Below are positions 14,445 through 28,739 of a DNA stretch of 64,000 nucleotides, one piece after another. Source of the stretch: Octopus sinensis (taxonomy: Eukaryota); the NCBI RefSeq assembly GCF_006345805.1, contig NC_043001.1, positions 113,770,001-113,834,000 of the forward strand, written 5' to 3'. A model generated the notes under the pieces. It was not told the DNA's origin. It did no database searches and worked only from the letters and a program-made list of their open reading frames with translations. The position numbers were made by a program, and so were the translations under genes. How positions within the stretch are numbered: the stretch's first letter is position 1; each line of letters starts with the position of its first letter.

Positions 14445-14760
14445 CTTAGGGCTCAGTGCAATCAGCACACGATCGTTGGAATATGAGTTCGATTCCCAGG
14501 GTTGCCTTCTGCCCTTAAGCAAAACAATTTATTTCACATTGTTCTAGTTCACTCAACCAGCAAAATGAGTTGTACCTGTAGTTAAAAGAGACAAGCTTTG
14601 TGACATTTGGTCTGAGACAGTGAATCTACCTGAGAACTTTATGTCTATGCGTGTCTGTGGAATGCTCATCCACTCCCACGTTAATTTCTCGTGCAATCTG
14701 TTACGTTAATCGGAGCAAATGGAGCACAGCTCGAAGTAATTTTCTCACTCTTCACCATCC
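14445..14760 (+). mobile_element. Highly decayed SINE (family C tail-type-1-like)
   Basis: B-box GAGTTCGATTCC; TGAATCTACCTGAGAACT and GTGTCTGTGGAATGCTCA match family C. Confidence 0.55.
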
Positions 14761-15527
14761 GTGGACAAGCAGTTGCTTAGTGAATAAGGTAATTAGTGAA
14801 TTAATTAGCCAAGAAGCTATAAGAAAAGCAAAGTAAGTCCAGTGTATGTTAGGTTAATGGTATTAGTACAGTCTACTTAATCGACCAAAGTGACAAGGAC
14901 ATATATTATGGAACCGGAAGTAAGGGTGTAAAATTTACGTTAGGGGATATAAATGTAAAGCGTAAAAAGACAATACTTAAATACAGCCAGACATTTTAGT
15001 TCGCCGCCCTACCGAAATTCCCACCTTGTTAATATCATATATATTTAATAGACCCGACGTAAATAGCTGAAAAGAAAACACAGAAGGTATCAAATGACCC
15101 AAGTTGAAGTTGAGTAAAACAACAATAATCCTACTACAGGAAGTCAATGCCCCCATGTCTATCTAAAGGTCAGATTTACAACACTCCAAACTGTCCAATT
15201 ATATTCTCCGCCTCCAATGTTTGTATGTGTGTGTGAGGGCGTTAGCAATGATAGTTGCGGCGAGGATTCATAAAAACAATGAACTTTAAATTAAACCTTA
15301 TCTTATACTAATCTGAGACATGTCCCCTAATACACAATCGATGTGTGTGTGGGTGTGTGTGTGTGTGTATGAGATATACATACATACATGCATACATACA
15401 TGCATGCATACATACATGCATGCATACATACATACATACATACATACACACACATATATATATATATATAATATACATGTGTGTGTGTTTGTGTTTGTGC
15501 ATGTGAGAGTGAGTATTTATGTATGGA

Positions 15528-15720
15528 TTTTATTGTTTTACTTGTTTCAGTTATTTAACTGTGGCCACGCTGGAGCATCGAAGAACTCGACCCCGGGACT
15601 TATTCTTTTTAAGCTTAGTACTTATTTTATCAGTCTGTTATGCAGAACATCTTAGTTACGGGGCCATAAACACACCAGCATTGGTTGTGAAACGATGGCG
15701 AGAGTAGAACACAGACGCAC
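15528..15720 (-). mobile_element. Decayed SINE family A 3' half
   Basis: TTTTACTTGTTTCAG..GCTGGAGCA..CGACCCCGGGACTTATTC. Confidence 0.7.
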
Positions 15721-15876
15721 AGACACATATATACACATAAATATATACATAAATAAATACACACTCATATACATATGTATATATATACACACATATATAA
15801 ATATATACATACACACATATGTATATACATTATAAATATATATATGAATTTATACATATATATATATATATACATG

Positions 15877-15912
<36 letters not shown>

Positions 15913-16196
15913 ATAAGCACACTCAAACACTCATACGTATTCATATACACATATGTAGCTAAAGATGTATACAAACTCTCTCTCTTTTTCTCGATATGTG
16001 TGTGCGTGTTCGTGTGTGAATGTATAAAACAAAAACACTGATTAAAAACGAAAATATCAGCAACCACCGAAGGATGAATGGAATAAAAGGGGCGGAGCAG
16101 TCTTCGGTGAAGTGGAGAATCAAAGAAATTGTTATCATGGCTGGACGACATATTCTCAGACAACTAACATCTGTGTAAAGAAGGTGGAGAAGAACG

Positions 16197-16197
16197 G

Positions 16198-16228
<31 letters not shown>

Positions 16229-16445
16229 AATCTCTCCTATAACCTCTATAGCTTTTAACGATAAAATTAACTCAGCGATAAATGCAGTTTACTCTTAAAC
16301 GAAAATAGGTAATCAAAAAAAGGCATAACACGATAAACTACCAGCAGCAGCAGCACCACCACCAAAACCACCACCACCACCACCACAAACACCACCACCA
16401 CCAATACCACCACCGCCACCAACACCATCACCACCACCACTGCGG

Positions 16446-16487
<42 letters not shown>

Positions 16488-16508
16488 ATAGTAATAATAA
16501 TAATAATA

Positions 16509-16558
<50 letters not shown>

Positions 16559-16665
16559 AATAATAATATTAATCAGAAGAAGAAGAAGAGGAAGGAGGAG
16601 GAGAAGAAGAAGAAGAAGAAGAAGAAGAGAAGAAGAAGAAGAAGAAGAAGAAGAAGGAGGGGAAG
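16197..16665. repeat. Compound trinucleotide array (CAA, CAG, CAC, TAC, TAA, TGA, GAA)
   Basis: Read directly; a non-repetitive stretch lies at about 16230-16335. Confidence 0.9.
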
Positions 16666-16669
16666 AATC

Positions 16670-17055
16670 ATCCTTTCTACCATAGGTACATAGCCTGAAA
16701 TTTGGGAGGAGATGGGTCCTGTCGACTAGATCGACAGCAAGTCACAACAGGTACTTAATTTACCGACCACGGAAAGATGAAAGGCAAAGTCGACACATGG
16801 TCGGAATTTTAAATCAGAATATAGCGACAGGCTAAATACCTATTTCTTTACTACCCACAGGGGGCTAAACATGGACAAATATGGACAGATATAAGTATTA
16901 AGTCGATTACATCGACCCAAGTACTTAATTTATCGACCCCGAAAGGATGAAAGGCAAAGTCGACCTCGGCGGAATTTGAACTCACAACGTTGCGACAGGC
17001 GAAATACCGCTAAGCACTTCCAGCAGCGTGCTAACCATTCTACCAGCTCACCGCC

Positions 17056-17057
<2 letters not shown>
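16670..17057 (-). mobile_element. SINE family B dimer
   Basis: Full unit followed by a second 5'-clipped unit with an alternative tail; same junction as 26047-26448. Confidence 0.8.
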
Positions 17058-17114
<57 letters not shown>

Positions 17115-17115
<1 letters not shown>

Positions 17116-17365
17116 TTTATTGGCCACAAGGGCCGAACACAAAATATGTAGGGGCAATACAAAACTGGTGACACGTGGGGTTTAACACAAAAATCGAGTA
17201 AAGAATAAAATAACAATGACAATAATAAATTAAACGATACAATTCTCCACATGAACAACCGAAGAATCCTACATGTCTTGGTTATCCCGACCGTCAGGTG
17301 CACCTCAGCAGGCGTCTCTTTCCTTCTCAACTCCTCCGGTTTGCAAGCGGAAGACCAGAGCAAGT
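17115..17365 (-). mobile_element. Probable LINE 3' UTR fragment ending in (ATT)n
   Basis: Ends TGTGTTCGGCCCTTGTGGCCAATAAA followed by (ATT)n; the end resembles the SINE B tail. Confidence 0.45.
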
Positions 17366-17372
17366 AGTAATA

Positions 17373-17920
17373 AATGTGCTGATGAGGTACCAGGCACTGC
17401 CTCTCATGGCTTCTGATCTTAACTGTTTGGAAGTGCTATCGTGCACATGTTCTATCTTGGTATAAATGATAAGCTACAGCATATAATCTGCTGAAAACCA
17501 TATATTTGCTTATGAGTTATTTGATCTTAACCAGATGCGTATGTCCCTTGGTAACTGACAATATGTGCATTTCTGATGAACGTTCTTGTTCCATTAGTAG
17601 AAATCGTGGGGGAGCATAATAGTCACGTTTTGAGAGGAATTCTTTGAGGTTTCACTAATTCACTTCTCCTAACATGGGTGTTTCGTTCAACATTGTTAAA
17701 CAACCTTTGTTCGGAGTCCTTTTTGAGCTGGATGGGCTACACGACCTCAAGAAAAATTTAAGTGGGCACCACCTGCAAGGTCATGCGCCGGTTATCTTGA
17801 TATAAAATCACCGTGTCGGGAACATATGGTTGTGATGTATGTGCCTGGTGTATCCTTATCAGACGAGTAGTCATTATGGGTATATTGGACTTCGTATATT
17901 TGTACCTCGGTGTCAGCTTG
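17373..17920 (+). mobile_element. About 500-bp non-coding interspersed repeat (same family as 47481-47942)
   Basis: Colinear similarity to the reverse complement of 47481-47942. Confidence 0.8.
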
Positions 17921-18124
17921 AGCAAGTGTCTTCTACTATAACTTTGTGAATGGGTTTGGGCGACGGAAACTGATAGAATCCACCGTATAGATGCATATGT
18001 ATATATCTATCTATGTGTTTGTGTCTCTGGTGTCCCCACCCACATCACAAACGTCTCTTTGACTTCGTGGCTCGGTATAAGAAACCGTTACTATAAGTAT
18101 CGAGCTTGACAAATATATGTGTGT

Positions 18125-18159
<35 letters not shown>

Positions 18160-18949
18160 CACGCACACAAACACGTATATATTTACATGTATATATACAT
18201 ATATGTATATGCTTTTACATCTATATATGTGTGTATGTATACATACGCATGTATAATACATACATACATATATGCATGCATACATACATACATACATACA
18301 TACATACATACATACATACATACATACATACATACATACATACTGATAAGACAGGTAACGCCTATTTTCTAACAGGATACAGACGACATTGTACTTTTAA
18401 TTTCTTCATTTCTAATTTGCTTCATTCTTTTCATGCCATCCTTTGTATATCTATCTGAATTTCTGATGAAGTGTTTCAGCCTAAAATATGAAGAGCACTT
18501 ACACTTGCTTAATTTTTCCCTGTGCTTTCAGTTAATATCTACCGCTTGCTTTCTCGATGTGCCACATTACACTCACAAGCCCTTGAAAATTCAACGCAAT
18601 GCTAAGAAGCGGGGATAGAGGAAAATTATTGTGGATTCCATGTAGTTAAAACAGAATTCTTAACGATATAATAATGTATGTTGTATAATAAAGCCTTAAA
18701 CAATTTCAAAATTTTTGCACTTCACGTGGTACTTCAATGAATAAATCATAACCTGTGATTAATGAATTTCCAGAACGACAACAGACCCAGCCCGTCATAT
18801 TGGCGCCGATAAGTAACCTGTGTTTTCTGCCTCTAGGTGCAACGCAATATGATACCCACATTACTACCCGGATACCTACCCATATACATATAATGCAATA
18901 TACTTAATTAGACACCAACACACACACACACACATACACACACACACAC

Positions 18950-19007
<58 letters not shown>

Positions 19008-19198
19008 CCCTTCCTAGCTGAATGACGGACGTACCAACAGAAGATTATCTTTAGGTCCCTAAATATAAGTAAGTTAATTCTATACAGGACTAGGATGGTG
19101 ATTTTATTTTTTCAGGCTTATATTTCTGAAATAGAGACCTTTGCTTCTCACATATAATCCTTTCTCCCCACTGTGTGTGCGCGCACACACACACACAC

Positions 19199-19252
<54 letters not shown>

Positions 19253-19957
19253 GTATATATATATGTATATATATATATATATATATATAAGTACCTATAT
19301 ATATATATGTTATATATATATATATACATAAATCCTGCATTTATGTACAAATACCTATGATAGTGTGTGAGTGTGTGTGTTTGCATATACGTGTCTATAT
19401 AGGTGTGTACATATGTGATAGAGCGTGTATGCATGTCACTTCAGCTACGAGCAGGTGTAAGACGCATTTGGCTGATCTGGTTCTAACGTATTATATTAAC
19501 ATAATTGTTCATTAGTCTCTGGCAACGAGTATGCATCACAGTCCCATATTTGTAGGTGTGAGCATATATGTGTATATATATAGATGTGTGTATAACTTCA
19601 CTTATGTAAAGCAGATATATATATAGGTGTCGGTATGGCTGCACACAAATGTTTGTGTTAGGATTGTTTCATTTGATTGTAATCATTTGATTGCTTTTTT
19701 TTTATAGTTTTGTTTTTGTAGTAAATTTGTTTCTTTATGCAGGTGAGGCAAATTTGTAATATTGCTTTGCATGAAAATATGAGTTTCTTTATGTTTACAT
19801 ATATGTTCTGTAAAGTATCATACACATCTTCTAATGCACCTGCATAAATGATTTCCTGCATATCATCACCTCATGTATATGCACTAAGAACTCTAAGGCA
19901 CATACTGAATATATATATATATATACATACATACACACACACACATATATATATATG

Positions 19958-20035
<78 letters not shown>

Positions 20036-20199
20036 ATATTGCATGTACATTTGCTTTTATATATATGTATGTCTATATATATATAGATATATATATTGAT
20101 ATATATGTATATATGTATTTATGTATGTAAAGCGATATATACATAATTATACATATGTATCTCTCTCTATATATATGTATATATATACATATGTATATA

Positions 20200-20276
<77 letters not shown>

Positions 20277-21491
20277 GCAGACACCGCTCGCACACACACA
20301 CACAGACACGCACACACACAAACACGCGCATACACACTCATACGGGTAATATTTGTTTCATGTATTTCTACAATGTGCTGGCCACTCGGCTAATGCATAT
20401 TTCTCTCACCCTGAATCTGATTTTACATTCAACCCTTGTCATCGTCCTAAATGATGCATTTATATTTTAGCTTGCCTCGTGCGAAGACAGATAAGAAGTC
20501 GTGGCACATTACCTAGGCACCTAGTGAAAACTATTGGGAGAGGAATGAAGTGAGTGGTAATATAATGTCAGAGAGAGAGAGAGAGAGAGAGATGAGGGGG
20601 AAGAGAGGAAGAAGGAGGGATGGAGGGAGGGAGAGAGTGACCAAGAGAGAGAGAGCGCGAAAGAGAGCGAAAGAGAGCAGAGGACGGTGAGAGAAAGCGG
20701 GATGGAGAGAGGGAGAGGGGGAGAAAGTGTTGCAAAATAAATAGTACCAGAGAGCTTGCATGAACTTCAGTTAACGCATATTCAAAGTGTGAGGCTCAGA
20801 ATGATGGGGCTCCACCGAATATGATTACTACAGCAGAGATGACCTGCATGACACTGCCATTTTGAGTCAGGCTGTTACGAATGCAAATTTGTGCTGCAAA
20901 ATGATGGCTGACTCATATTTTGATCGACCGTTACGAGTGTGTGCATATATTAACATTAGAAAGAATTTTCACATAAGCGAAGGAATCTTAACGTGGTTGC
21001 TCGACCTGCTAGATATACCAGCAACCGCTCTCCTTAAACTCACTTCTTAAACTGCATCTTATAAAATCAGAAATTTTAATCGTATATTTAGCGCTTATTT
21101 TAAAATGTATTCAAGATCGAGTGTGACTTGGAGGGAAAAAAAATTAAAGAAAGCTGTAGCCGACAGTTGCAACAATAGACCGCCCGGCAGGCTGCTGCAA
21201 ATTACTTAGCATCCAGCAGACGTGGGACACCGAATGGGGTCGTATAGCATTGGTGCCACCAAGTCATGTCCGAGCTCTTTTGGTTCACACAGTTAAAGAT
21301 TTTTAGATACCCATCTCTACGCATCCTACATATAAACGCGTTCATACACACTCAATCTCTCTCTCTCTCTCTCTCCCTCTCTTTTTCTCTCTCATACGCG
21401 TACACACACACTTATATATGCCTTCAACTATATTCTCATATTTCCCTAATACATACAGTTGTATTTACCTGTACATTTAACAAGCAACACA

Positions 21492-21526
<35 letters not shown>

Positions 21527-21694
21527 TTATCTAGTGCGTGTATATGTGTGTGTGTTTGTGAGTGTGTGTGTGTATGTATTTGTATATAAGTATATATATA
21601 TATATATATATATATTAATAAATAAAACATATGCATATATATATACATATATGTACGTACCTACCTCTACATGTATATATACACGCATATATAA

Positions 21695-21868
21695 GTACAG
21701 GACACGCAAAAAACGTCGAACACAATGAGAAACGAAAACATAGACACAAACCCAAGGAACTGGACATTTTTTAAAACAACAAAAAATAGAGTACAGGACA
21801 ATTAACACAAAGAAAAAAACCCTTCTTCAGTCGCCATGGTTTCATCTACTCTACGTTTCGAAGGTGAA
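21695..21868 (-). mobile_element. Short repeat fragment, possibly a Penelope-type terminus (same family as 58441-58630)
   Basis: Shared GAGTAGATRAAAC..ACTGAWGAAGGG..pyrimidine tract..GTCCTGYAC; flanked by TA-rich repeats. Confidence 0.45.
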
Positions 21869-21956
21869 ATATATATATAGAAGTAGAAATAATGCATTTC
21901 TAAATCTCTCAGAGATTTATACAGTAGTAACAGGATAAAGTTGACAACATACCATC

Positions 21957-21988
<32 letters not shown>

Positions 21989-24142
21989 CTGATGGTATGT
22001 GTGTATTCCTGTGTGTATGCATGTATGTATGTGTGTAGGACTAGTTATATTTGTTTTTCTATCTCTCTAATATTATGTACCCTATGAACATTCAATTAGA
22101 TTTTGGCAAACATTCCATCCTCATTTCATTTCTTACTTATACGCTCACATACGTAATTAATGAATACATACTTATACACACGCATACCCACATACATAAA
22201 TGTATAATATACCACCTGTAGATTTTTCCCATTATAAGTTATTCCAAAAGAACACTACCCGACCCTCAGGCATTGCATCGTTCTCTTAGACAATCACTGA
22301 AACCAATGAAAACCAATGCGTATTCAAAGACGGATCTAAGGAATATAGAAAATAGACAATTAAAGACTCACGACAAATACACAAACACACATACGCACAC
22401 AGCTATACACACACTCATATATAATTTACAAAGTGGTTTTCTAAGGTAAAAGCAGTGTACATTTTAGTTAGTTTTTCTCTTTTACTGCTTTTCTACAATT
22501 TAATCCGAATTTTTTTTGTTTGTCATATTCCCAGATTATTAACAATCGGAATAGTAACATCAAAGAGGATTTTTTTGGATCGATTCACTTGTAGAGCTTT
22601 TAATATCTGCTGCATTCATTACGTACGAATGCTTTCGGTGATATTAGCATTTGTTTGTATAGTCTTGAAATGTCAGAGAAATCAATTTAAAATAAAATAT
22701 AATGAAAAGGAGAAGAAAACACGAAAATAAAGAAATCAAGGAATAGAGTAAAACAGAGAAGAGGTGGTGGAGGTAGTGGAGGTAGTTAGAGTAGAAAAAA
22801 AGAAAGCATGCTGTCTGTTTGTGTGCACTAGAAATAATGATAGAAAAGGAGAAAAGTGAGAAGTGGGAAAGAATGAGAAGCGGGGATCTGAAAATCTTTC
22901 AAGAATTCATACATTTGGTAAGCGACAAGTGTGTAAAGCCGATTAGAAGAATTGCTAGTTTGATGTCAATAGATTTGCAAGGAATGTTTGCTAAACCCTT
23001 GTAATGTGCGGTAGATGTTATCTCATTCCACTGAACTGCTTTAATGAGAAATGACAAGCCTATAACGTCTCTTTCATTTAAATTGTTTCCAAAATAACTA
23101 AAAACTAAAAATATAGAACGAGAAATTATTACTCCGTCTACCACTAAATTCGTAGAGGTGTACTTAGATTTGATATGGAATGTTCTGTAAATAAATGCCT
23201 TTATATATTTCACAGACGAAAGTGTATCTTTGGTCACTAAAAGTCTAATTAATATTATGTTGAAACACACCTTTGTACAAAACAAGATCAAAATTACATG
23301 TCGAAGAAACAAAATTATCCCAAGTTCGAAAGAGATTATGCTTAATTACCTTACTTCTTCTTCACTGTTGTAGCTGAATTTTACGGAAGATACTGCATAC
23401 ACTCTTTAAATTAATTCTAGAGAATTTGTAAAATCAAAATAAATAAATAACAATTGTGAAAGAAAAGATCAAACATATAGCTGTAGTAATAAAATTAGCT
23501 CGGCTCTATTTTCTGACTGTACAGCTTTGCATGGCGGCGTGTGTGCGTGTGCGTGCGTGTTTGTGTGTGTGTGTGTGTATGTGTGTGTGTGTATGTGTGT
23601 CTGTGTGTCTGTGTGTCTGTGACTCAGGGAGAAGAGAAAACAGAGAATATATTAAGACTATTAGTCTTTTAAATTAGAGACTTGTTCTGGATGCCTTCAA
23701 TATAGTTGACATCACTAAAGGCACATAAACGGTAGACGATACTGTTAAACCGAGTAACAGTTTATGTTCACAAACCATTCAGAAGTTCAGTCCATGTGAC
23801 GGACTTACTAACAAGTCCTATCATCTAAATCTCGCCGACAAAAATCTGTTTGACTTGTGCTTATGGCAGAAGACACTTCTGCAAGATGACTCCTAGTGAG
23901 ATCGAACTCAGTACAACATGATTGGAAAACGACCTCCTTAAACGTATGGTCATAATTTTGATGTATAAAATATAAGCTGGACATGTATGTTATGTAGTAG
24001 CTGGTAAACTCATGTCCTAGCTCTAACCTTGTCTGCAATAAAGAGGGGTTGATTAATACTGTGGTTAATTGTAAACTGAAATGTTAAAAGTTATTGAACA
24101 ACAGCTTATTAAAGAACAAGCTGGATTCACTCTGGACAGCCG

Positions 24143-24606
24143 TGGACGGAATTCTGCTTTACGCCCGGCATCTAACTCCTCATAACTTTTTTTTTTATTT
24201 TTGAGAATTTTCAGAAAATTTTTGCGAATTTGTTTTGTATTCTAAACATAGGAATTCATACGATTACGCAGAAAAAAATGTTATATTAGCACATCTCACG
24301 ACCACCTCATACCTTGTACGTTTGTTTTCAATATCTTTCTCCCCATAAATACATTTAATGGTATATTGCAGAGATTTAAGCCAAAGATTCGGACAGTTCG
24401 TATTATAAGCTGTGATTTAAAAAGAAAATATTTAAAAATCAACTCCCAATTTATTTTTTAATTTCGAAAAATTATTATTTTTCTTTTTCAGAGTCGTGTG
24501 AATTCCTGTGCATAGAATACAAATTCACAAAACTTTTCTGAAAATTCTAAAATGAAAAATACGTTATGAGGTGTTATACGACATGCATAAAGGAAAATTC
24601 CGCCCA
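24143..24606. mobile_element. MITE with long imperfect terminal inverted repeats (about 120 bp)
   Basis: Left arm TGGACGGAATT..CCTCATAAC..AGAATTTTCAGAAAA..AGGAATTCA matches the reverse complement of 24492-24606. Confidence 0.8.
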
Positions 24607-26046
24607 GTCGTTTCTGACGCATGTGCTTACCTTATTTCATTTGCTGAGGCTCGATTGATCAAAGAACTACAGTAGTAGTTTTTAGGTTGACATTACTACA
24701 GTTTACGGTTTACATTTACCGAGTGGTCTATTTATTTATTTTTTGTAAAGGAAGAAGCGTGAAAAGATATACAATTTAATAAATGACATGACTCAAACGC
24801 GGTTCATCTGTATTTTCATAAGAAAAAGCTACTCCTTTGTGATGATGTCAATTAGCAAGAGAAGCTGCACAGACAACTTATAGAACTGTCCACTCCAGGG
24901 TAGTATAATTGCTCCTTGTGTTATTAAAATCCACAACCGCAATATACTAATATAAAACGTATTATTTATGTCATGACTTATACCTTTGTTATAATCTGGC
25001 AAAATGATGAATTTCAGCGAGATTAGTTAGCACAGATTGCAGCTTTTACAATAAGGACAATAACTTTATTGTAAGGAAACAAAATTCTGAACTCCATCTA
25101 CGAGGCAAGAAAAAATATGGGAAGTTTTCCAAATTTATGGTTAGAACTAAGAGGGAGCACTGCCAAAATCTTGAATATCTTGATGGATTAGTAGACCTTG
25201 TTCTAACATTTAGAATAAAATGAATGTAAAAGACAGAGTAATCCACAACAGTATTTTGCCAAAACAAATAATGGCTGAAGATCTGAGAACAACAGAATTG
25301 GCAGGGGAGATGAGAGAAAGTCTGTGTTACAATTAGCAAAAGCATTGTAGATGTTACTCATTTATACTCGACTTCAAATGAGGGCCGGTTGTGCATTCTA
25401 AACGAGTGGTTGCTATTTGAAAGCGATCTAGATGCTATTTACATATAAGGTCGAGCTACCATATAAAAAAACATCGTTGCGTGGTGTCTAAGTTAGGGAT
25501 CTCAGACGTCTTTGACACTATAAGTGACTATACCCTCGGAAAGAAGTCCTGCACATTACAATCTACAAGACCTTCCTGGAGATTGGCCTTGTGCCTATAT
25601 CAAAAATACAGGTCTTACGTCAAGTTTTTGTTCTTTCAGATCATTGAATATTTAATGATTATTTTGCATTCAAACGGATATTTAAGATCGCAGCTATTTA
25701 TTCTTTAATTGATCTTAATCGATCTGAAACAGACAGTTACACATCTCAAATTGAAATTGATAAGGAAAGAACAAGAATTATTTTTGACATTCGGAATAAA
25801 ATGTGACAGCAGAAACTGAATAATTTATGAGAGAGGTATATTTGAAAACTGTTGTTGAAGAATTGTTAGATTCTTATAAAACGCTATCTTAGACCAGAGC
25901 AAACGGGAATTATATATTTATAGGAACACTGCCAAACACTTATACAATAATACACTCTCTCTTTCCCTCTCTCTCGCTCATACACACTCGCGCGCGCGCA
26001 CATTGGTCCAGCTGAAGAAGCAAGAAAAAATAAACTCAATATATAT

Positions 26047-26448
26047 TCTTTTCTACTCTAGGCACAAGGCCCAAAATTTTCGTGGAGGGGGAGCCAATCG
26101 ATTAGATCAATTCCAGTACGCAACTGGTACTTAATTTCTCGACCCCAAAAGAATGAACGGCAAAGTCGACGTTGGCGGAAATTGAACTCAGAGCACGAAG
26201 ACAGACGAAATACCTATTTCTTTACTACCCACAAGGGGCTAAACAAAGAGAGGACAAACAAGGACAGACAAACGGATTAAGTCGATTACATCGACCCCAG
26301 TGTATAACTGGTACTTATTTAATCGACCCCAAGAGGATGAAAGGCAAAGTCGACCTCGGCGGAATTTGAACTCTCAGAACGTAGCGGCAGACGAAATACC
26401 GCTCAGCATTTCGCTCGGCGTGCTAACGTTTCTGCCAGCTCACCGACT
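26047..26448 (-). mobile_element. SINE family B dimer with 17-bp TSD
   Basis: TAAACTCAATA(T/G)ATATT flanks both sides (from 26031 and from 26449). Confidence 0.9.
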
Positions 26449-26536
26449 TAAACTCAATAGATATTAGTATGTCTATATTACTTTTTAATCGACTGTTTTA
26501 CAGATGTAACAAAAGATTCGAATATATCGTGCATAT

Positions 26537-26923
26537 GTGGCTGTGTGGTAAGTAGCTTGCTAACCAACCATATGGTTCCGGGTTCAGTCCCACTGCGTGG
26601 CATCTTGGGCAAGTGTCTTCTGCTATAGCCCCGGGCCGACCAATGCCTTGTGAGTGGATTTGGTAGACGGAAACTGAAAAGAAGCCTGTCGTATATATGT
26701 ATATATATATATGTGTGTGTCTGTGTTTGTCCCCTTGGCATTGCTTGACAACCGATGCTGGTGTGTTTACGTCCCCGTCACTTAGCAGTTCGGCAAAAAA
26801 GAGACCGATAGAATAAGTACTGGGCTTACAAAGAATAAGTCCCGGGGTCGATTTGCTCGACTAAAGGCGGTGCTCCAGCATGGCCGCAGTCAAATGACTG
26901 AAACAAGTAAAAGAGAGAAAGAG
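26537..26923 (+). mobile_element. SINE family A (CORE-like), near full length
   Basis: A-box-like TGGCTGTGTGG, B-box-like GGTTCAGTCC, internal microsatellite, family tail. Confidence 0.9.
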
Positions 26924-27704
26924 ATATATAATTGTGTGTGTGCATGCATGCGAGAGAGAGAATACGCTCAGACCTGAATGTGTGGTTTATATATCTGCTT
27001 TCGAAACAGATTATTTCGTGTCCAGTTCGAAGGGGAAAACACTTACCTTGGTCAAGTAAAATGCAAATTCTGAGATGCAGATTCTGTGGATGCTCTTTGT
27101 ATGTATGTGCATTCGTACATAACGTTGGTTTTCCGTCGGTTTTCGACGACAAGGATTCAAGTGTTCTACCAACTGGATTATGTGTTCCCGAATTTACGTG
27201 TAACTAGCTGGCTATTCCATAGATACATGCACACTTAACGCAATTTTCAAGAAGAATCAGAGTGTTATAGGAGTGTATCTTTTGAATTAGAAGTACTAGT
27301 CATCCGACACGATACTATACAGTTTCCATTCTTTCATTTTGCGTTAGAAGATGTGGGGTGACCTAAGCTATAGAAAATGACATTTGTTGAAGACGCCACG
27401 CAACTGAGCCGAAAGAGGTACCGGGTGGCTACATCGCAAACATTCTGAACCTTTTGACCATAGAGTTTGTGTGCGATTATAAGTGAGATACTAAGAGAGA
27501 TAAGCGCACATACGCACACACAGAAACGAACAGTGACAAGTAATGTAAGCTTCTGTGTGTCCCAATAATCTGGAAGACCGATAGTGATTACACATTTGAA
27601 AAGTAAACACTAGACTGTATATTGACTGTCACATCCTTTAAGTTGGTGCCCCAGCATTGGCGGCTTTCCGATGACTGAAACGCGTGAAAGAATAAAACAT
27701 GTTA

Positions 27705-28002
<298 letters not shown>

Positions 28003-28006
<4 letters not shown>

Positions 28007-28704
28007 CAAGAAAGTTAGAGGTTGTGAATCCAACCAACTAAGGTATAATATCTATCCAATATACTGCTGGTAGAATACCCAATTATTAATACACAAGTGA
28101 TTTTTATTGCATTGCAATTACATTACCTAGAGTACTAAATGGGTGAGGGTAAAGAGATATTTTACCATTAATTTATATAGCAACAATAAAATGGAGGGGA
28201 TCAATAGATGGTTCATCGACTTTTAGACATTATATTATGTCAATTGATTTATTTATTCACAAAAATGACTATATGTGTCTTTAGGTGGGATAGGTATTAC
28301 TTCAGTGATGAGTCCATCTTTATCAACTCCATTTTTCCAGCAGTATTCATTTTGTGGGCCTACTATACCATACTCAAATGTACACACTCTTATAAGCAAT
28401 GTCATAAACAATGCAGAGATAGTTTATACACAGACAAGTAGTAGTAATAGATAGTTCTCATTTAATTATTTTAATTCCAAGAAAGTTAGAGGTTGTGAAT
28501 CCAGCCAACTAAGGGATAATATCTATCCAATATACTGCTGGTAGAATACTCAATGAATTATACACAAGGAGTTTTTTAATGCATTGAAATTACATTACCG
28601 AGTGTACTAAATGAGTGAGGGTAAAGAGTTATTTTCCCAGTAACTTATAGAGCAATAAGAAAATCGAGGGGATCAATAGGTGGTTCATCAAATTTTAGAC
28701 ATTA
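28003..28704. repeat. Two diverged ~230-bp direct repeats (28003-28232, 28474-28704) with ~240-bp spacer
   Basis: ATTCCAAGAAAGTTAGAGGTTGTGAATCCA...TTTTAGACATTA occurs twice. Confidence 0.9.
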
Positions 28705-28739
28705 AATAAATAAATTGACGTAACATAATATCATTTTTT

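Noticed and set aside
25030-25640. Purine-rich, coding-like stretch, possibly a decayed LINE endonuclease
   Set aside because: I could not recover convincing motifs in any frame.
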